Below are positions 28,590 to 43,170 of a DNA stretch of 64,000 bases, in pieces. Source of the stretch: Eledone cirrhosa. Lineage: Eukaryota. The notes below the pieces were generated by a model. That model saw only the letters and a list, made by a program, of their open reading frames with translations, did not search any database and was not told where the DNA came from. How positions within the stretch are numbered: the first letter of the stretch is position 1; every line of letters starts with the position of its first letter. The translations under genes were made by a program, and so were the position numbers. Location of the stretch: NCBI GenBank assembly GCA_964016885.1, contig OZ024740.1, positions 153,822,001-153,886,000 on the forward strand, given 5' to 3'.

Positions 28590-29487
28590 CACGACTACAC
28601 ATACATATATACACATGCATACATTGACATACACACATATATACATATCCCTATGCACACATACGCAGATAAATATACACACATATACACATATACATAT
28701 AAACATAAAGACGCATATACATCTGCACATATGGATACACACATACAAACATTTACACATGCACACATACGTATATAGACATGCATACATATCCACATAC
28801 ACATATACACACATACGCATATAGGCGTAAACGTATATATATACTGACGTACATACACACATACGGATACACACATATATACATACTTACAAATGTAGAT
28901 ATACATATGCACATATACAGACACACATACTTCAATGTACGTAATTACATACATGTAGTGAAGTGGATACATATTTATTCAAATATGTGTTCGTGAATAT
29001 ACATGCATACATGTATGTATGTATGTATGTATGTATGTATGTATGTATGTATGTATGTATGTATGTATGTATGTATATGTGTGTGTATATATGTATGAAA
29101 TGTAAGTATGTATGTGTGTATGTGTGTATGAATGTATGTATGTAATGTATATATGTATGTATGTGTGTATGTACGTACGTACGAATATATGTATGTATAT
29201 GTGTATATATGTATGTATGTTTGTATGTATGTAAGTATGTATGTATATATGTATGTATGTACACATGTATATATGTATACCTATGTTTACACTCATACAC
29301 ACACACACGCATAGATATATGAGAGGGCGCATAAATAAACATATCGACATCCACATATATATTCATACACATATATGTGCATACACACTCACACACACAC
29401 ACACACACGCACAAACACACTAACACACACACACACACTCAGAAACACACACACGCGCGCACACAAACACACACACACATACGCGCG

Positions 29488-29538
<51 letters not shown>

Positions 29539-29590
29539 CCGCCCGCACACACATTCGCGAATAGAAACATTCACACATATATACACACGC
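28590..29590. repeat. Compound CA/TA/TATG microsatellite
   Basis: Low-complexity sequence. Similar tracts occur at 31.9-32.7, 34.6-36.2, 41.5-41.9, 45.8-46.3 and 47.4-48.2 kb. Confidence 0.9.
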
Positions 29591-29760
29591 GAGCGCATTT
29601 TTGAACTTCATATGTGGACAAAGTTCAGAGGAGTTATTTGTTTGAAAATATATTGTTTAGCCCAGTGTTGTTTGTTGACTTTCGTTTGTGTTATCTTAGT
29701 AAACAGAAATCTGGGTTTAGCGGTGGAGGTATCAGGAGGGGAGGAGTTATAAGAGAAAAC

Positions 29761-30090
29761 CTTCTTCTTCTTCTTCTTCTTCTTCTTCTTCTTCTTCTTC
29801 TTCTTCTTCTGAAACAAAGATTTTCTGAATATCTGAATACCATCGTGCTTAACTATCACGTACAATCCGTTTATTGTTGAGTTGCCGATGGAGCCTCTAC
29901 GCGGGTATTTCACACGCTTCTTAAAGAAAAGAAGAAGAAAAGGAAAAATGCAATTACATAGGATAATGTAGACCTAGATAGACTTGTGCCTGGAAATAAA
30001 AGGAAGGATTGGATGATGGTCTCAGCTGAAAGGCTTTTGATGAGAGAGGGGTCTACTCGATCTTTGTTGACATGGGCTCTAAACAAAAGC

Positions 30091-30149
<59 letters not shown>

Positions 30150-30159
30150 GCTGCTGCTG

Positions 30160-30198
<39 letters not shown>

Positions 30199-30236
30199 AT
30201 AGTAGTAGTAGTAGTAATAGTAGTAGTAGTAGTAGA
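29761..30236. repeat. (CTT)n at 29761-29810 and (CTA)n switching to (TAG)n at 30091-30236
   Basis: Read directly from the sequence. Confidence 0.9.
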
Positions 30237-30830
30237 TATGCCTCTTCTATGCAAACAGTCAAGAACCCCTGTCTTGTTGTTCAGTCAAGTAATAGATACC
30301 AAGTTTCCCTTATTTTTTTAAAAGAAACGGAAGGACTCATTAGATGATGTATTACTAAATACAATAAAATAAGCATATTCATGGCTGGAATGTCTTTGAA
30401 CATATGTTTACTCAATCACAGTTGACTTGCAGCTAAACAACAACATCAACAATCTTTCGTTGTTTATTTTTGAGCTATATTGCTAAATAAATAATTTTTT
30501 TAGACCGGCACAAAATATCATATGTGTGGGAATTAGAGGGAGAGGATAATTTCAGTATATCATTAGTGGTTTTGTATGAATTGAGACCAGAGTTAGCGAA
30601 TATCTACGTGGTCGTGTGTTCTGCTAGAAATAGCAGAGAAATCTCCTTCCAATAACCTAGAAAAATCTTTAAAACGGATACATTAGATAATGCAGGCCTA
30701 CGTACAGAACATCTGAAGAAAGAAATGCAACAAAAACCACAACAAGTGTGGAGGTACGAAAAGCGAAGTAGACTAAGTTGGGATTTGAATTCGAAATATC
30801 AAAACAGAAAACTAACTACTCTCATATATA

Positions 30831-31384
30831 CAGGGTGACTCCCAAAAATGTATACATAACTCGATTACCTGTACAGGAAATATTTATTAGAATGCACAGC
30901 CTTTCCTAAAAATAAAATGATCTACAGACATAATTCAATTGTATGTAACACCCTATAATGTTTACATGATTTAAATAATTGTTTCTACGTTAGGCATAAG
31001 GCCAGCAATTACCCCCAGTGCATTACTGGTGCTTTTATTTTATCGAACCCGTAAGGATGAAAGGCAAAGCTAACCTTGGTGGGATTTGAACTCACAACGT
31101 AAAGGGCCATAACTCTATGCTGCAAAGCGCGGTGTCTGATGCTCTATTGATACTGCCAATCCACCACCCCAAATAATTGTTTCTACTTTTAGCACAAGTC
31201 CAGCAATTATCCCAGTGCATTACTGGTTCTTTATTTTATCGACCCCGAAAGGATGAAAGGCAAAGTTAACCTCGGCGGGATTCGAACTGCCAATCCACCG
31301 CCCAGAATAATGCAAATAAAACAGAATTTATTTTAATGCATTTTTTAATGATTTTTTATGTATACATTTTTTGGAAACACCCTG
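30831..31384. mobile_element. Tc1/mariner-type MITE with two nested SINE copies
   Basis: TA|CAGGGTGACTCCCAAAAATGTATACATAA ... TTATGTATACATTTTTTGGAAACACCCTG|TA; SINEs at 30973-31170 and 31172-31303. Confidence 0.8.
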
Positions 31385-32015
31385 TATAATATATTGAGGT
31401 GTGAGGTCCTGGCGTATTTATATTTAGTGTAGTGAAATCTCCCACCCCAGGAGTATTTCCCAGCTCAGTTATCTTGAAAATACAACATGGCATTGAGCCC
31501 AGTGCTGCGCATACATTTAATGAAAGTCTTCGTCTTCTGCCAATTCTGACTCTTCTATTGTCTAGGAACCCATCATAGCATTACTATTCTTCATAGAATT
31601 TTTTACATACAAAACGAAAATCTGCTATCGTCATTAACTAACCAACTAGAAATTATATTCTTTATTTATATTTTCACTTTTGTATATTTATTTATATAAT
31701 ATTTTACTTTATTACAATATCAGATGGACAACCTTCTACGGTGAGTGAAAATATCTAATTCCCGCAGACAATATTTAACCAATTTTTGCCCGAGATCGTC
31801 TTAACCATAGAAATTAGCATAAACTATTTCCTGTCAACAGCTAAACTAATCACGAAATATTCTAAAGCTATATAATATGTACATACGTATATACGTACTT
31901 ATGTATGGGTATATTTCGGAATGCATGTATTTATATGTTTATAAGCATGTAAGTGTGTGTTTGTGTATATGTATCTGTGTGCGTATTTGTACGTATATAT
32001 GCCCTTTTGCGTGAT

Positions 32016-32049
<34 letters not shown>

Positions 32050-32630
32050 TGTATGTATGTATGTATGTATGTATGTATGTATGTATGTATGTATGTATGT
32101 ATGTATGTATGTATATGTATGTATCTATGTTCTTCTGGTTTTATAATTTCACAACATTTTACCAATAGAGAGAGAAAGTCCGTTTCTAACATAGACACAA
32201 GACTCTCTCATTGGAATTTACACAACATCAACTAGAAAGATATGTCTGTATGCATACATGTGTAGATATGGCTGTTATTGTATGTATGTATGTATGTATG
32301 TATGTATGTATGTATGTATGTATGTATGTATGTATGTATGTATGTATATGTATGTATGTATGAATGTATGCATGCCTGTCTGCATGTATTTGTGGGTATG
32401 TATGTATTTGCGAATGTGTGTGAATTATATATGCATATATATTTCATTGTTTGCTTGAACGTATGTATATGTGTCTCCAATGCACGTGATAATGTACGTA
32501 TAATGGGAAAGGATTGTACATTTATATATATACACACATATATATATATGTGTGTGTGTATGTGTGTGTGTGTGTGTATACAAATATACAAAGATACATA
32601 TTTTTATACACACATATATAAATATACAAG

Positions 32631-32670
<40 letters not shown>

Positions 32671-32672
32671 CT

Positions 32673-32750
<78 letters not shown>

Positions 32751-32751
<1 letters not shown>

Positions 32752-32955
32752 CGAAGGAAATGTGGTAAGGAACCAGATGGACCGTAACGCACCAAAGTAC
32801 TCATTACTTAGGGTAGTAGAGTTGGTAATAGGAACGAGTAGGACCCCGACGGCTGAGCTCAAGCCGTTTCGATGGTTAATTCTGGACTAAAAAATTTTTT
32901 AGTCCAGAATTAGCCGTCGAAACGGCTTGAGCTCAGCCGTCGAGGTCCTACTCGT

Positions 32956-32958
<3 letters not shown>
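32751..32958 (-). mobile_element. Fold-back mini-element in (TA)n carrying the 3' half of a hammerhead
   Basis: 64-bp arms at 32831-32894 and 32895-32958; GCCGTC-GAAA-CGGCT-TGAGCTC-AGCCG-TC; relative at 44119-44307. Confidence 0.7.
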
Positions 32959-33005
<47 letters not shown>

Positions 33006-33641
33006 AGTAAGCTTGTTTTGAAACAGCGAGCGAGTTCTAAACCCCAAGGCAACAATTTCTTTAGTAAAAAATACGGCGAAAGCTTCTGTTTTTTTAATTT
33101 TTATATATATATATATAATATCAGGTTGTGACATGTAACTTAAAACAATTGAGAAAAACAGAACTCAGAATATAATTGTAGAGTACAACTACTTAAAGTT
33201 TTTCTTTTACGAAGGTCAGGCAAAAATTGATAAGAAGCAATATTTCATTAGTGAATATAGAGGAACAGAACAATTGAGGTAGACAAACCATTTGGATGTA
33301 ATTCCTGGTACAATTGCTTGAAGTTGTTGCTGGCCTTTTAATCAACATTCAGTGAATGGGAGTTTAATTGTTGAGAATAAGACAAGTTTTTTGTGAAAGA
33401 TTCAGATGAAAATGGCTCTGTGCCGTATGCCTGAACTGTTTGGATCTATTTATATTTACATGGTGTGTGTATATATATATGCTTACTCTCTGTACGTATC
33501 CCCCCCCCCCCACACACACACATACACACATACATACACACATATATATATATATATTATTGTAGTACAAACTTGGTATAAATATCCAAATACATTTTAG
33601 ACCACTTAGTCGTGTATAATCAGTTACAACAGTGGTACAGG

Positions 33642-33764
33642 CAGATACTTCATTATCGTTGAGTTTAACGCCATTTCGTTCAGTTGGCCATATTGTGATG
33701 AACTCCATCACAATCTATCAGGCTGAATGAGTTGGCGTATGACCCAACGAAACTTAAGTATCTG
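33642..33764. ncRNA. Divergent pair of hammerhead motifs with 8-nt core CUGAAYGA
   Basis: Plus 33719-33764: CAGG-CUGAAUGA-GUUGG..CCAAC-GAAA-CUUAAG-UA-UCUG. Decayed inverted copy at 33642-33687. Confidence 0.65.
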
Positions 33765-33784
33765 TGTAAACCACTCTTGTAACT

Positions 33785-33862
<78 letters not shown>

Positions 33863-34749
33863 TTATGTGTGTGCGTGTGTGTTTATACGTATGTATGTAT
33901 CAGGACTAATTAATTATTTCTTAGATGACACATTTATATATTTCTTATTCTGAATTGTTATAGCCTTCTGTAACACTAGTTTGTACATATTCAGCAATGA
34001 TGCAACCAAATAACTCTCTTGATTACATATACCAGAATTTATACCTTTAAAATCGGCTGTTTTTATAGGCGTGTGTGTGAGGGTGTACGTGTGTATTTGA
34101 CTATACAGACGATGTAAAAGAACGGACTCAACACGTATATTTAGGTGTATTCAACCATTCAAAGATTCGTAGGTCAATGATTTTAAAATGAACATAGATT
34201 ACTACTCTATACTCTATATGCTGTATTGCATGCATAACTCGATATATTCCTTTCACTGCTTTGAGGTCGAAAATATTAACAGTGGAATCGATTTACTCAG
34301 ATATAACCGCATAACACAAAGGACCATATAACCCAAGTAATCTAGGACTCAAGCGAATAAACCCAGTAAAAGGAAAAATAAAGAGTGGTACCTAATCTTG
34401 AGGCAGTTAGATAGGATTGAAGGTGTGCACACAATATATAGTAGAAGCTGACAATGTATAACACAATAGTGTTCTTTATATTTTCGCTTCTATTGACAGC
34501 ATTTAATCCGTTTATTGTGTTAAAACCGAGAGAAATTCACTTTTTGTGTATTAGTATTGTGCTTTTTCGGGTTGTGGGGAAGGTGAGGCAGAACCTATCT
34601 ATAAAACTGCTTCTATGTACGACTGCAATGTATGTATGTATGTATGTATGTATGTATGTATGTATGTATGTATGTATGTATGTATGTATGTATGTATGTA
34701 TGTATGTATGTTTCTTTCAGCGCATGAATAACTTTATATATGTGTACAA

Positions 34750-34789
<40 letters not shown>

Positions 34790-34801
34790 GTATATATATA
34801 T

Positions 34802-35000
34802 ATATAAGTATGTATACGTACATACATATATGTATACAGACGTACAGTAGTATGTATATACATACATACATGCACACATATATATGTACGTATGGGTTTA
34901 CCATACGTACATATATATATGTGTGTGTGCATGCATGTATGTATATACATATTACTGTACGTCTGTATACATATATGTATGTATGTATACATACTTATAT
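34802..35000. repeat. About 200-bp fold-back palindrome
   Basis: Centre GTACGTATGG-GTTTA-CCATACGTAC; arm matches about 17245-17335. Confidence 0.8.
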
Positions 35001-35048
35001 TTAAGTATCAGCCGTACAAAGAGTGAGAAATGAAATTTCATTTTTTCC

Positions 35049-35087
<39 letters not shown>

Positions 35088-35185
35088 TATGTATATATAT
35101 GTCTCCCAACTTCTCCCTCTCACTATCTTTTTCTCCTTCCGCTCTCTCCTCCTCCCCTCTCCCTACCCTTCTTTCTCTCTCTGTA

Positions 35186-35219
<34 letters not shown>

Positions 35220-35235
35220 CCTCTCACTCTCCCCC

Positions 35236-35292
<57 letters not shown>

Positions 35293-35729
35293 ACACGCAC
35301 ACACATATAATATGTGCGCATCTCTATATGCGGTATGTTCTCACAAATGCAATGCAGTGTGTTATAAACATATCTATACTTATTCATGAGCAAACACATA
35401 CATTCATATATGCATACTTATATGCATGCATGCTGGTATGCGTACATAGATGCATACATGCACACATTAAAACACACGTATCCATGTTCCACACAGATCA
35501 CTGGCGTGTGTCAAAGGGTTAAATGGATATACACTGCTCCGGCCCCCACAAACGACAAACAAAAACCCAACAACAGCAATAATAATAAATAAATGAATAT
35601 ATGAATAAAAACTGATTTTCTCTTGGTTTTAACACTATAAACGGATTAAATAATATCAGTAGAAGAAAACACACACATACGCACCTCCACATACATCCCC
35701 ACGCACACTCTAACACACGCATATATATA

Positions 35730-35806
<77 letters not shown>

Positions 35807-35810
<4 letters not shown>

Positions 35811-36088
35811 ACATTTACATACACATTCAAACATACATACACACACACAGGCGCGTATACATGCATATACATGCAAACGCACACTCTCTCCAGACACATA
35901 CATACACACACACACACAAATACACAAATACACAAATACATACATACATATATATATATATATAAACACATTTACATACACATTCAAACATACATACACA
36001 CACACAGGCGCGTATACATGCATATACATGCAAACGCACACTCTCTCCACACACATACATATACACACACACACAAATACACAAATAC

Positions 36089-36110
<22 letters not shown>
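35807..36110. repeat. 156-bp tandem duplication of a microsatellite-rich unit
   Basis: AAACACATTTACATACACATTCAAAC...GGCGCGTATACATGC occurs twice. Confidence 0.85.
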
Positions 36111-36163
<53 letters not shown>

Positions 36164-36654
36164 TATATACACACATGATAACCTGCTTGTAGTGTCTTCA
36201 TATATTGCCATGAATGTAAATGACAGTAAAATAAAAATGATAAAAATGATAAAAATGATAAAAATGATAATATATGGTAACAAACATGCAAGCACACAAA
36301 CAAGAGATAAATAGATGAATAGATAAATACATAAAAAAATTCACAAATAAAGAAAAAAATCACCAGTTCTCTTGATCCTCCAGTCAACTATAACTTTAGA
36401 TGTCAATGTAACGTTACAAATGCCAATAAAAGCGCACGAAAGACTTAATGAATTAAAAACACACTCGAGATTTTATGACGAAACCTAAGCTTCGAGTAAG
36501 TTCAGTTCTTTGGTCCGTTTGTCTAATGTCCACATTCTTATGTTTCGTTATTTATTTTATTTATGTGGTGGGGGTATGCTATTGTTCATTATTTCGTTAG
36601 TGCGTCGGCTAAATAATCGTATTTTAACTGGTTCATTACATTTTGAATGTGCGG

Positions 36655-36980
36655 TCTCACCATGGCTGATTAGTTAAAGAGTTTGCTTAGCAATCATTAT
36701 ATTCCAATGCCGAACTTTCTTCGTGGCTTCTTGGGTAAGTATCAGTCACCACAGCCTTGGGTTGATCTGTGCCTTGTGGGTAAAATTGGAAAGGCGGAAA
36801 CTGCTTGGAAGTCATCAACTTGACTGTGCCTATAATACCAATGGTCCAGTCATGACACACACTGTGCCACGTTGAATTTCCCAGAGAATTAGGTCAGCGA
36901 TTTGCACGCTAATTTCACGAGTAGGCCGTTCCATTGATCAAACAACTGGAACACTTATCGTCGAAACCGATGGAAGTTCG
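36655..36980 (+). mobile_element. Old tRNA-derived SINE; related 3' part inverted at about 44640-44780
   Basis: TGGCTGATTAGTTAAAG head; shared TTGCACG(C/T)TAATTTC(A/C)CGAG block. Confidence 0.55.
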
Positions 36981-37699
36981 TTCTGCATTCTGATTCCAAC
37001 GAAACTACGAATAAGCTGCTGATAGAACAAATGTATGTGTTATAGTGACAACCGAAGTGAAGTCTTGGATCTAGATACATTCCAGTATCCATGACAAATA
37101 CCTTAGGCAGTTTAATGTCAGCAAGCCAAATCACAAGCTCAGATCAGGCAGAAACAAATGCTGCTCGATTTAATTGACTAGTCTCCACCCCATCTCTCTA
37201 TTTTAGAAACAATACTTATTATTGTTGTTAAAGTGCGGTTTATTGTCAGAATTGTTAGCGTTGCGGTGTGAGCTCCTGCTCTTTACTTACAATCTCCAGT
37301 TGATCTGGAACGTTGGCTTTTCTAGAATTATCTCACCCATAAACTAAGATGGTTGAAGCCTACCTTCATATAAATGTAAAAATACATAGAAAGCCTAAAA
37401 TAATATTTTACTTCCATATTTTCTGAAAAAGCGTGCATTTTCAAAATACTGTACTAATTTACATTATTATTTTAAATTATTAAAAAAAAATCTTCTTAAT
37501 TTTAGCTTTTCCAATCTCTATTGGAGTACTTAATTGTATACAGTATACTTAGTTTTTCTGTCAATATCTAAAAAGTACAGTAATGATCACGTAGCCTATG
37601 ATCTTCTTGAAATGATGTGCATCTAGACAAGATTTCATAGACGATTTTTCTAGATATATAACATACATACGTACTTTATCTCAATGATTCAATAGCAAA

Positions 37700-38650
37700 T
37701 CGGTAGCGGTTGGTATAAGAACAGCCATACAAGATTGCCGTTAATAACATAGTATAACTCAAAGATGTATTTAACACATTGCTATATAACAACTCCTTCT
37801 TTCACTGAAAACTTTTCTTTCGTGAGTTCTTTTATTTTTGTGCTTTGGAACAGGACTGGCAGGTTTGCGTTAAGGATGGCAAATATGTTTGGTACTCTTG
37901 GTTCATAGGTGCTGACAAACTGAATAATACCTTCCTCAATGGTTTGTATAGGAGTTTCAAATTTAGATATACCCAGTTCCTATACCTTTTTGATCTCGTC
38001 ATCTATTAAATTTAAGAGATATATTTATTGTTTCAGAAAACTTCTAGGTTCTGCAATGCTAATTTTCTGCAGTTCTAGATCCACTACTATTGCGCATATT
38101 CGACTTGTTATGCAATATGTAATGTTCTGTTTGGTGATGCGGTGTGGTATGAATGAAACATTAAATATTGGTATGTCTGTATTTTTGTGAAATATTTCTT
38201 TTGTAATCCTGGTGTTACATTGCTGTTGTCTATATGTGTTACATTAAAGTTAAAACTGTTTTCCTCTAATACTAGATGTAGAACATTGATGATGAAATTT
38301 ATTTTGAAACGTTCATTTACTATGTTTCTGTATTTTTCTACCCAGTACTTGATAGCTTCTAGGCATAATGTATTTAGTATGTTAGTGTAAAAAATTGTTA
38401 CGTCGAAGCTCATTAAAATAGTGTCCTCTTGAACGTCGATGCAATGAGTTTAAGAAAATCTATCTCATGCACAACTCGAGATCTTTAGACATAGAGGTTT
38501 AATAAGCAAATCTATAAAGTGTCACGAAGAATGTGTTGGAGATTGAGGTCCAACAGTAATTGGTCCCAGTTTGAGATCAGCTGGTCTCAGTGATCCTAAA
38601 TATTTTCGAGCTTTTATGAAATTTTGTAATCTTTAGAAGTTGCTTTCATT
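37700..38650 (-). pseudogene. Old PLE RT fragment
   Basis: MSFDVTIFYTNI...LEAIKYWVEKY...LVLEENSFNFN aligns with the 21-23 kb RT. Confidence 0.75.
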
Positions 38651-40123
38651 ATATTCGAAGGTTTTACATAAATAGTCAAGTTACATAGCTGGCAAAATGA
38701 GTATTATGTGTGATTTACTACTACAATTAATAATACTGATAAAAAGAATGAGCTATTTTGTTTGTTTGTATTCCTCCACAACAATCTACCACAAACTTCG
38801 GCAACATGTTTCTGAATGGCGCCAAATAAATAAATGTAGGCTTGAATCTTGAGACTGACTAGAAATAGTTGTGTACTACGGTCCAGCAATCTTTATTATT
38901 GTGATGATAGTATCACTGATAGCAACTGCACGAGAGTGTATCTTAGATTGTATTGTCTAATATCTCTGATCCCTTTCTTTCGAGATGATTAGATGTTTGA
39001 TTTAAAGGAGAAGAGATTAATAATTCTAACCGGTCGAGTAATCATGTAGATATTCTCTGATTGCCATATGTAGCAGTTATAATTCTCTTTAGTTTTTGTT
39101 GTTTTTTAGCCACAGCTCAGCACTGATGGATCAGATGTGAGCAAGAGGGCTCCAAATTTAACAGCCTGGCATTCATTTTCAGGCAAACTAAAACTTCATC
39201 GACCTATGTCATTTCTCCAAGACTTTAGGGCGTAGTCTACGAGAGCTTTTGACTGTTGTGATGCAATTTATCTGTTTTGTTTGTTTTAGATAGAGGCTCT
39301 AGAGATGATAGTGATGGGCGCGATTGTGGTTGTAGTAGTGATGGTAGTGTCGGTTCTGATAGTGATGTCGGGGAAGATGCCGGTTGTAATGGTGAAGAAG
39401 ATGCTGGCACCGGTAGTGATGGACGAAGTGATAGTGGCGCTGGTGAATATGGTTGTAATATGTGAGGGAGGTCGGAGCTAGCAATAGAAAGTCTAGCCAG
39501 TGTGAATAAGTAATTGCAATAGCATAGCATACTTGGCATGAAATAAATATATATTTACCAGACTGACGTGGCAGAAATTGTTCAGATAATAAATAGTTTA
39601 TAACTTGAAATAATAGCATTGGGTTTATATGGAAAGATAGGAGGCTTTCTTCACTGATGATTCTTTGATATATAGATTCGTCTATAAAACACACGCGCGC
39701 AGTCACACACACGCACACATACACAAACATGTATGTATGTATGTATGTATGTATGTATGTATGTATGTATGTATGTATGTATGTATGTATGTATGTATGT
39801 ATGTATGTATGCGTTTATGTGTGTGCATGTGTGTCTGTGTGCGTGTGTGTGTGTATGTATGTGTGAAACATTTATTTATGTCCAACCAATCAACCAACAG
39901 AAAAAAATTGAAATACGATTTCGCACCAAATACGAATCTAATATTCCAAGACTAATTTAAAGCGAGTAACGTTTAGTTGCTAAGGTATATAAATAGTATG
40001 GACTTATGAATAAGATTTGGAATTGAAATCACAAAGAAAAAACCAGAAGTCCTCAACGATAAATTTTGTAAAGAATATATGAAGATATATATTAGTACAA
40101 CGCTTGATATAGTAAGAACAGTG

Positions 40124-40159
40124 TCTTAACGTTTCGGGTACATGTACTTCATCAGAAGA
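40124..40159 (-). ncRNA. Orphan minimal hammerhead motif (stem II slightly decayed)
   Basis: UCUU-CUGAUGA-AGUACAUGUACCC-GAAA-CG-UU-AAGA. Confidence 0.6.
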
Positions 40160-41499
40160 TAGAATGAGAAATTAAAGATGAACTAGTTGCCAGAGGCTGA
40201 GCAGAGCAAGGGACGGAAAAAATATTTTAGAGAAAAATCAGGTGTGTGTTCAATCAGTAATATATATATATAACGTTGACTTTGAGGGAGAGGGGTATTT
40301 GAACTTAGAGCAGAAAAAACTGAAACAGATTTCGCATCGCATTCTGCCCGACGCTTTAACTACTCTGTTAATCAAATATCTTATCAGATACATCCCTCCG
40401 CCAGAATAAAAGACAAGGGTTACTTCAGCGGTACATAAACTGAAAGCGGATAGAGCGGAAACGAATACCGCAAAGTATTCTATTTAACATTCTAACGAAT
40501 CTACCAATTCGACGTCCTGTATACTAAAAACTATATGTTTGTACGGACATGTAACTTCTACCGGACACCGTAGTGATATATAGCGTTTCAAGGGCATTTT
40601 AAAACTTGTGGCGCCCATTTCTCACGAGTTCTGAACAGAGACGGTTTCTTCCCGAGAAAGAGAGACTGAGTAAGTGAGATATGGTGGAAGAATAGGCTCC
40701 TGTACCGGACTGATATTATTTATCGATGAACAAAGTATGATGGACAAAGTTGAGTTCGTTGAGTTTTGAATACAAGAAGCGCAGAGAGCCTCAACGAATT
40801 TTACCCGACGTTCTAACGACGTTACCAATCTGATGCCTATATACTAAAAGCTATGTACTAATAGTAAATAATCTGATAATTTATAGAATACCAGCAATGA
40901 TGGGGAAAGTTTTGATTTATTTCTCCGTGTGTATTGTTGTTGTTTCTGTATTGAAGGATGTGGCATGTACTAAGACATTGGTATTGATTCCATGGATAGG
41001 AGTGTGTAAGTTGTTTTCATTGTATGGTCTTTTTTTTTTTCTCTATTTTTTTTTTGCATCTCACACAATTTATTAGATTTTTAAAAGTAATAAGGACATT
41101 TGCAAGCAGCGTCATATATTTTTTAACACAAACAAACATACATTTACACACACAAATATATAAGCGCATAAAAACACACGCACACGAACAACAAATACAC
41201 ATACAAACAGGACACACGCATTTCACATTCATACACATGATTGAGCACACACACACACATACATACATACATCCATAAACACACACATACAGACATTCAT
41301 ATGCAGAAAGAAAAAGAAGACTGCATGAGAAGCATATATATTGATTCCACCAAGGAATATCTTTTTCTCGTGTTTCCTCAGCTAGTAGACTGTTTAACAA
41401 GATCGTATTTTTAGCTGAATGAAGTTGGTTCCTGTTCTTCTTTTTATCATTTATATTTTTATTTTGTTTGCATTTTATTTCCAGTCATGTCTCTTTCCC

Positions 41500-41599
<100 letters not shown>

Positions 41600-41643
41600 T
41601 TCCCTCTCTCTCTCTCTCTTTCGCTCTCTCGCTCGCTCTCTGC

Positions 41644-41707
<64 letters not shown>

Positions 41708-41744
41708 TTGTGTTTATATACATATATCGATATATATATATATA

Positions 41745-41853
<109 letters not shown>

Positions 41854-42597
41854 CTGTGTGTGTATATATATAGGTGTATATATTTATGTATATTCGTGTG
41901 TGTTTATGTATATCTACAATATGTCTGTATACATATATGTATATAGGTAGACGAACCATGAACTTGGCGAATCATTAGTAACAAAACAGAAGCGATGAGT
42001 CCTCCCATTTCAACTTGTTTCATATTTCCTACATTAGTTGTTCTCCTTCTTCCTTTATTCATTTTTCTTTCTTTAGCTTTTGTAGGTGAGTTGACTGAGA
42101 TAAAGTCGACATTTTACCTGTTAAAAAAAACAACAAATATGAATGCCATGATAAATATTGGTATCTTGCTCCAGTTTCTGTTATTTAACTATACATTCTT
42201 CACATAGAAACACGCTGTACTATTTTGAAATATAGAAGATCGTAATTAAGATGAATAAAACAACAAAAATAACAACTTGCGAAAAACATTTAACAGAAAA
42301 AACTAATAACAATGTCTAACATATCAGAACTCTGCCGATGAAAAAAAATCATTGCTCAAATATTATGGTAATGTTTTTAACCAAGGAGCAAGGCTTGTAA
42401 TTTGTGAAGGTGGTGTAGAAGTCTGCTATATTGACCCCCAGTATTTGACTGCTACTATTTATTATTTACCCCGGAATGGAAAAAGGCATGGTTTACACTG
42501 GCGAGATTTGAACTTAGAATGTAAAGACAAAGAAGAAGAAGAAGAACAACAACAACAACAACAGTACCAACAGCAGCAACAACAATATTTCAACTAA

Positions 42598-42960
42598 GCC
42601 ATTGCAAGCTTCCATATAGAAGGTCGAAGTCAGAATAAAAGCCAGCAATGGCAAAACAAATCTGGGCTGAAAGCTGAAACAGAAAGCTTTATTTTAGCTG
42701 CACAAGCCCAATGACTAGCAACAAACAACTACATAAATATAATAGTGAAAGATGCTAACACCGATTGCAGATTATGTAAACGTTACAATGCGACCGTCGA
42801 GTGCATCCTCTCCGGCTGCCCAGTCCTTGTCAAATCCAAATCAATACACAGTCACGATGGAGTGGACAGTTATGACTACTGGGAGTTTACCAACACTTCA
42901 AACAAAAAGTGGTATAAACCTTTATCAAATACGATACATGCCAATAACTTGGTCAGAACC
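42598..42960 (+). pseudogene. R4/Dong-like RLE LINE fragment
   Basis: GLKAETESFILAAQ then CRLCKRYNATVECILSGCPVL...HSHDGV (decayed CCHC plus RHD-like motif); follows (CAA)n. Confidence 0.65.
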
Positions 42961-43170
42961 TTCTAGTAGAAACTTATTCAAACTAAAAAGACGATTGAGT
43001 CCAGATACCACAATAAAAAAAAAAATGGAACAATTTTACTTGCACTCTCATAGACACCGCGGTCCTTTCTGAATTAAACATTACACAAAAGGAAGTAAAG
43101 AAATTGCATGTGGGGCATGAAAGAAAAGCAGAACTAATAAACAATGGGATGCTAGGAAGGATAAACAATA

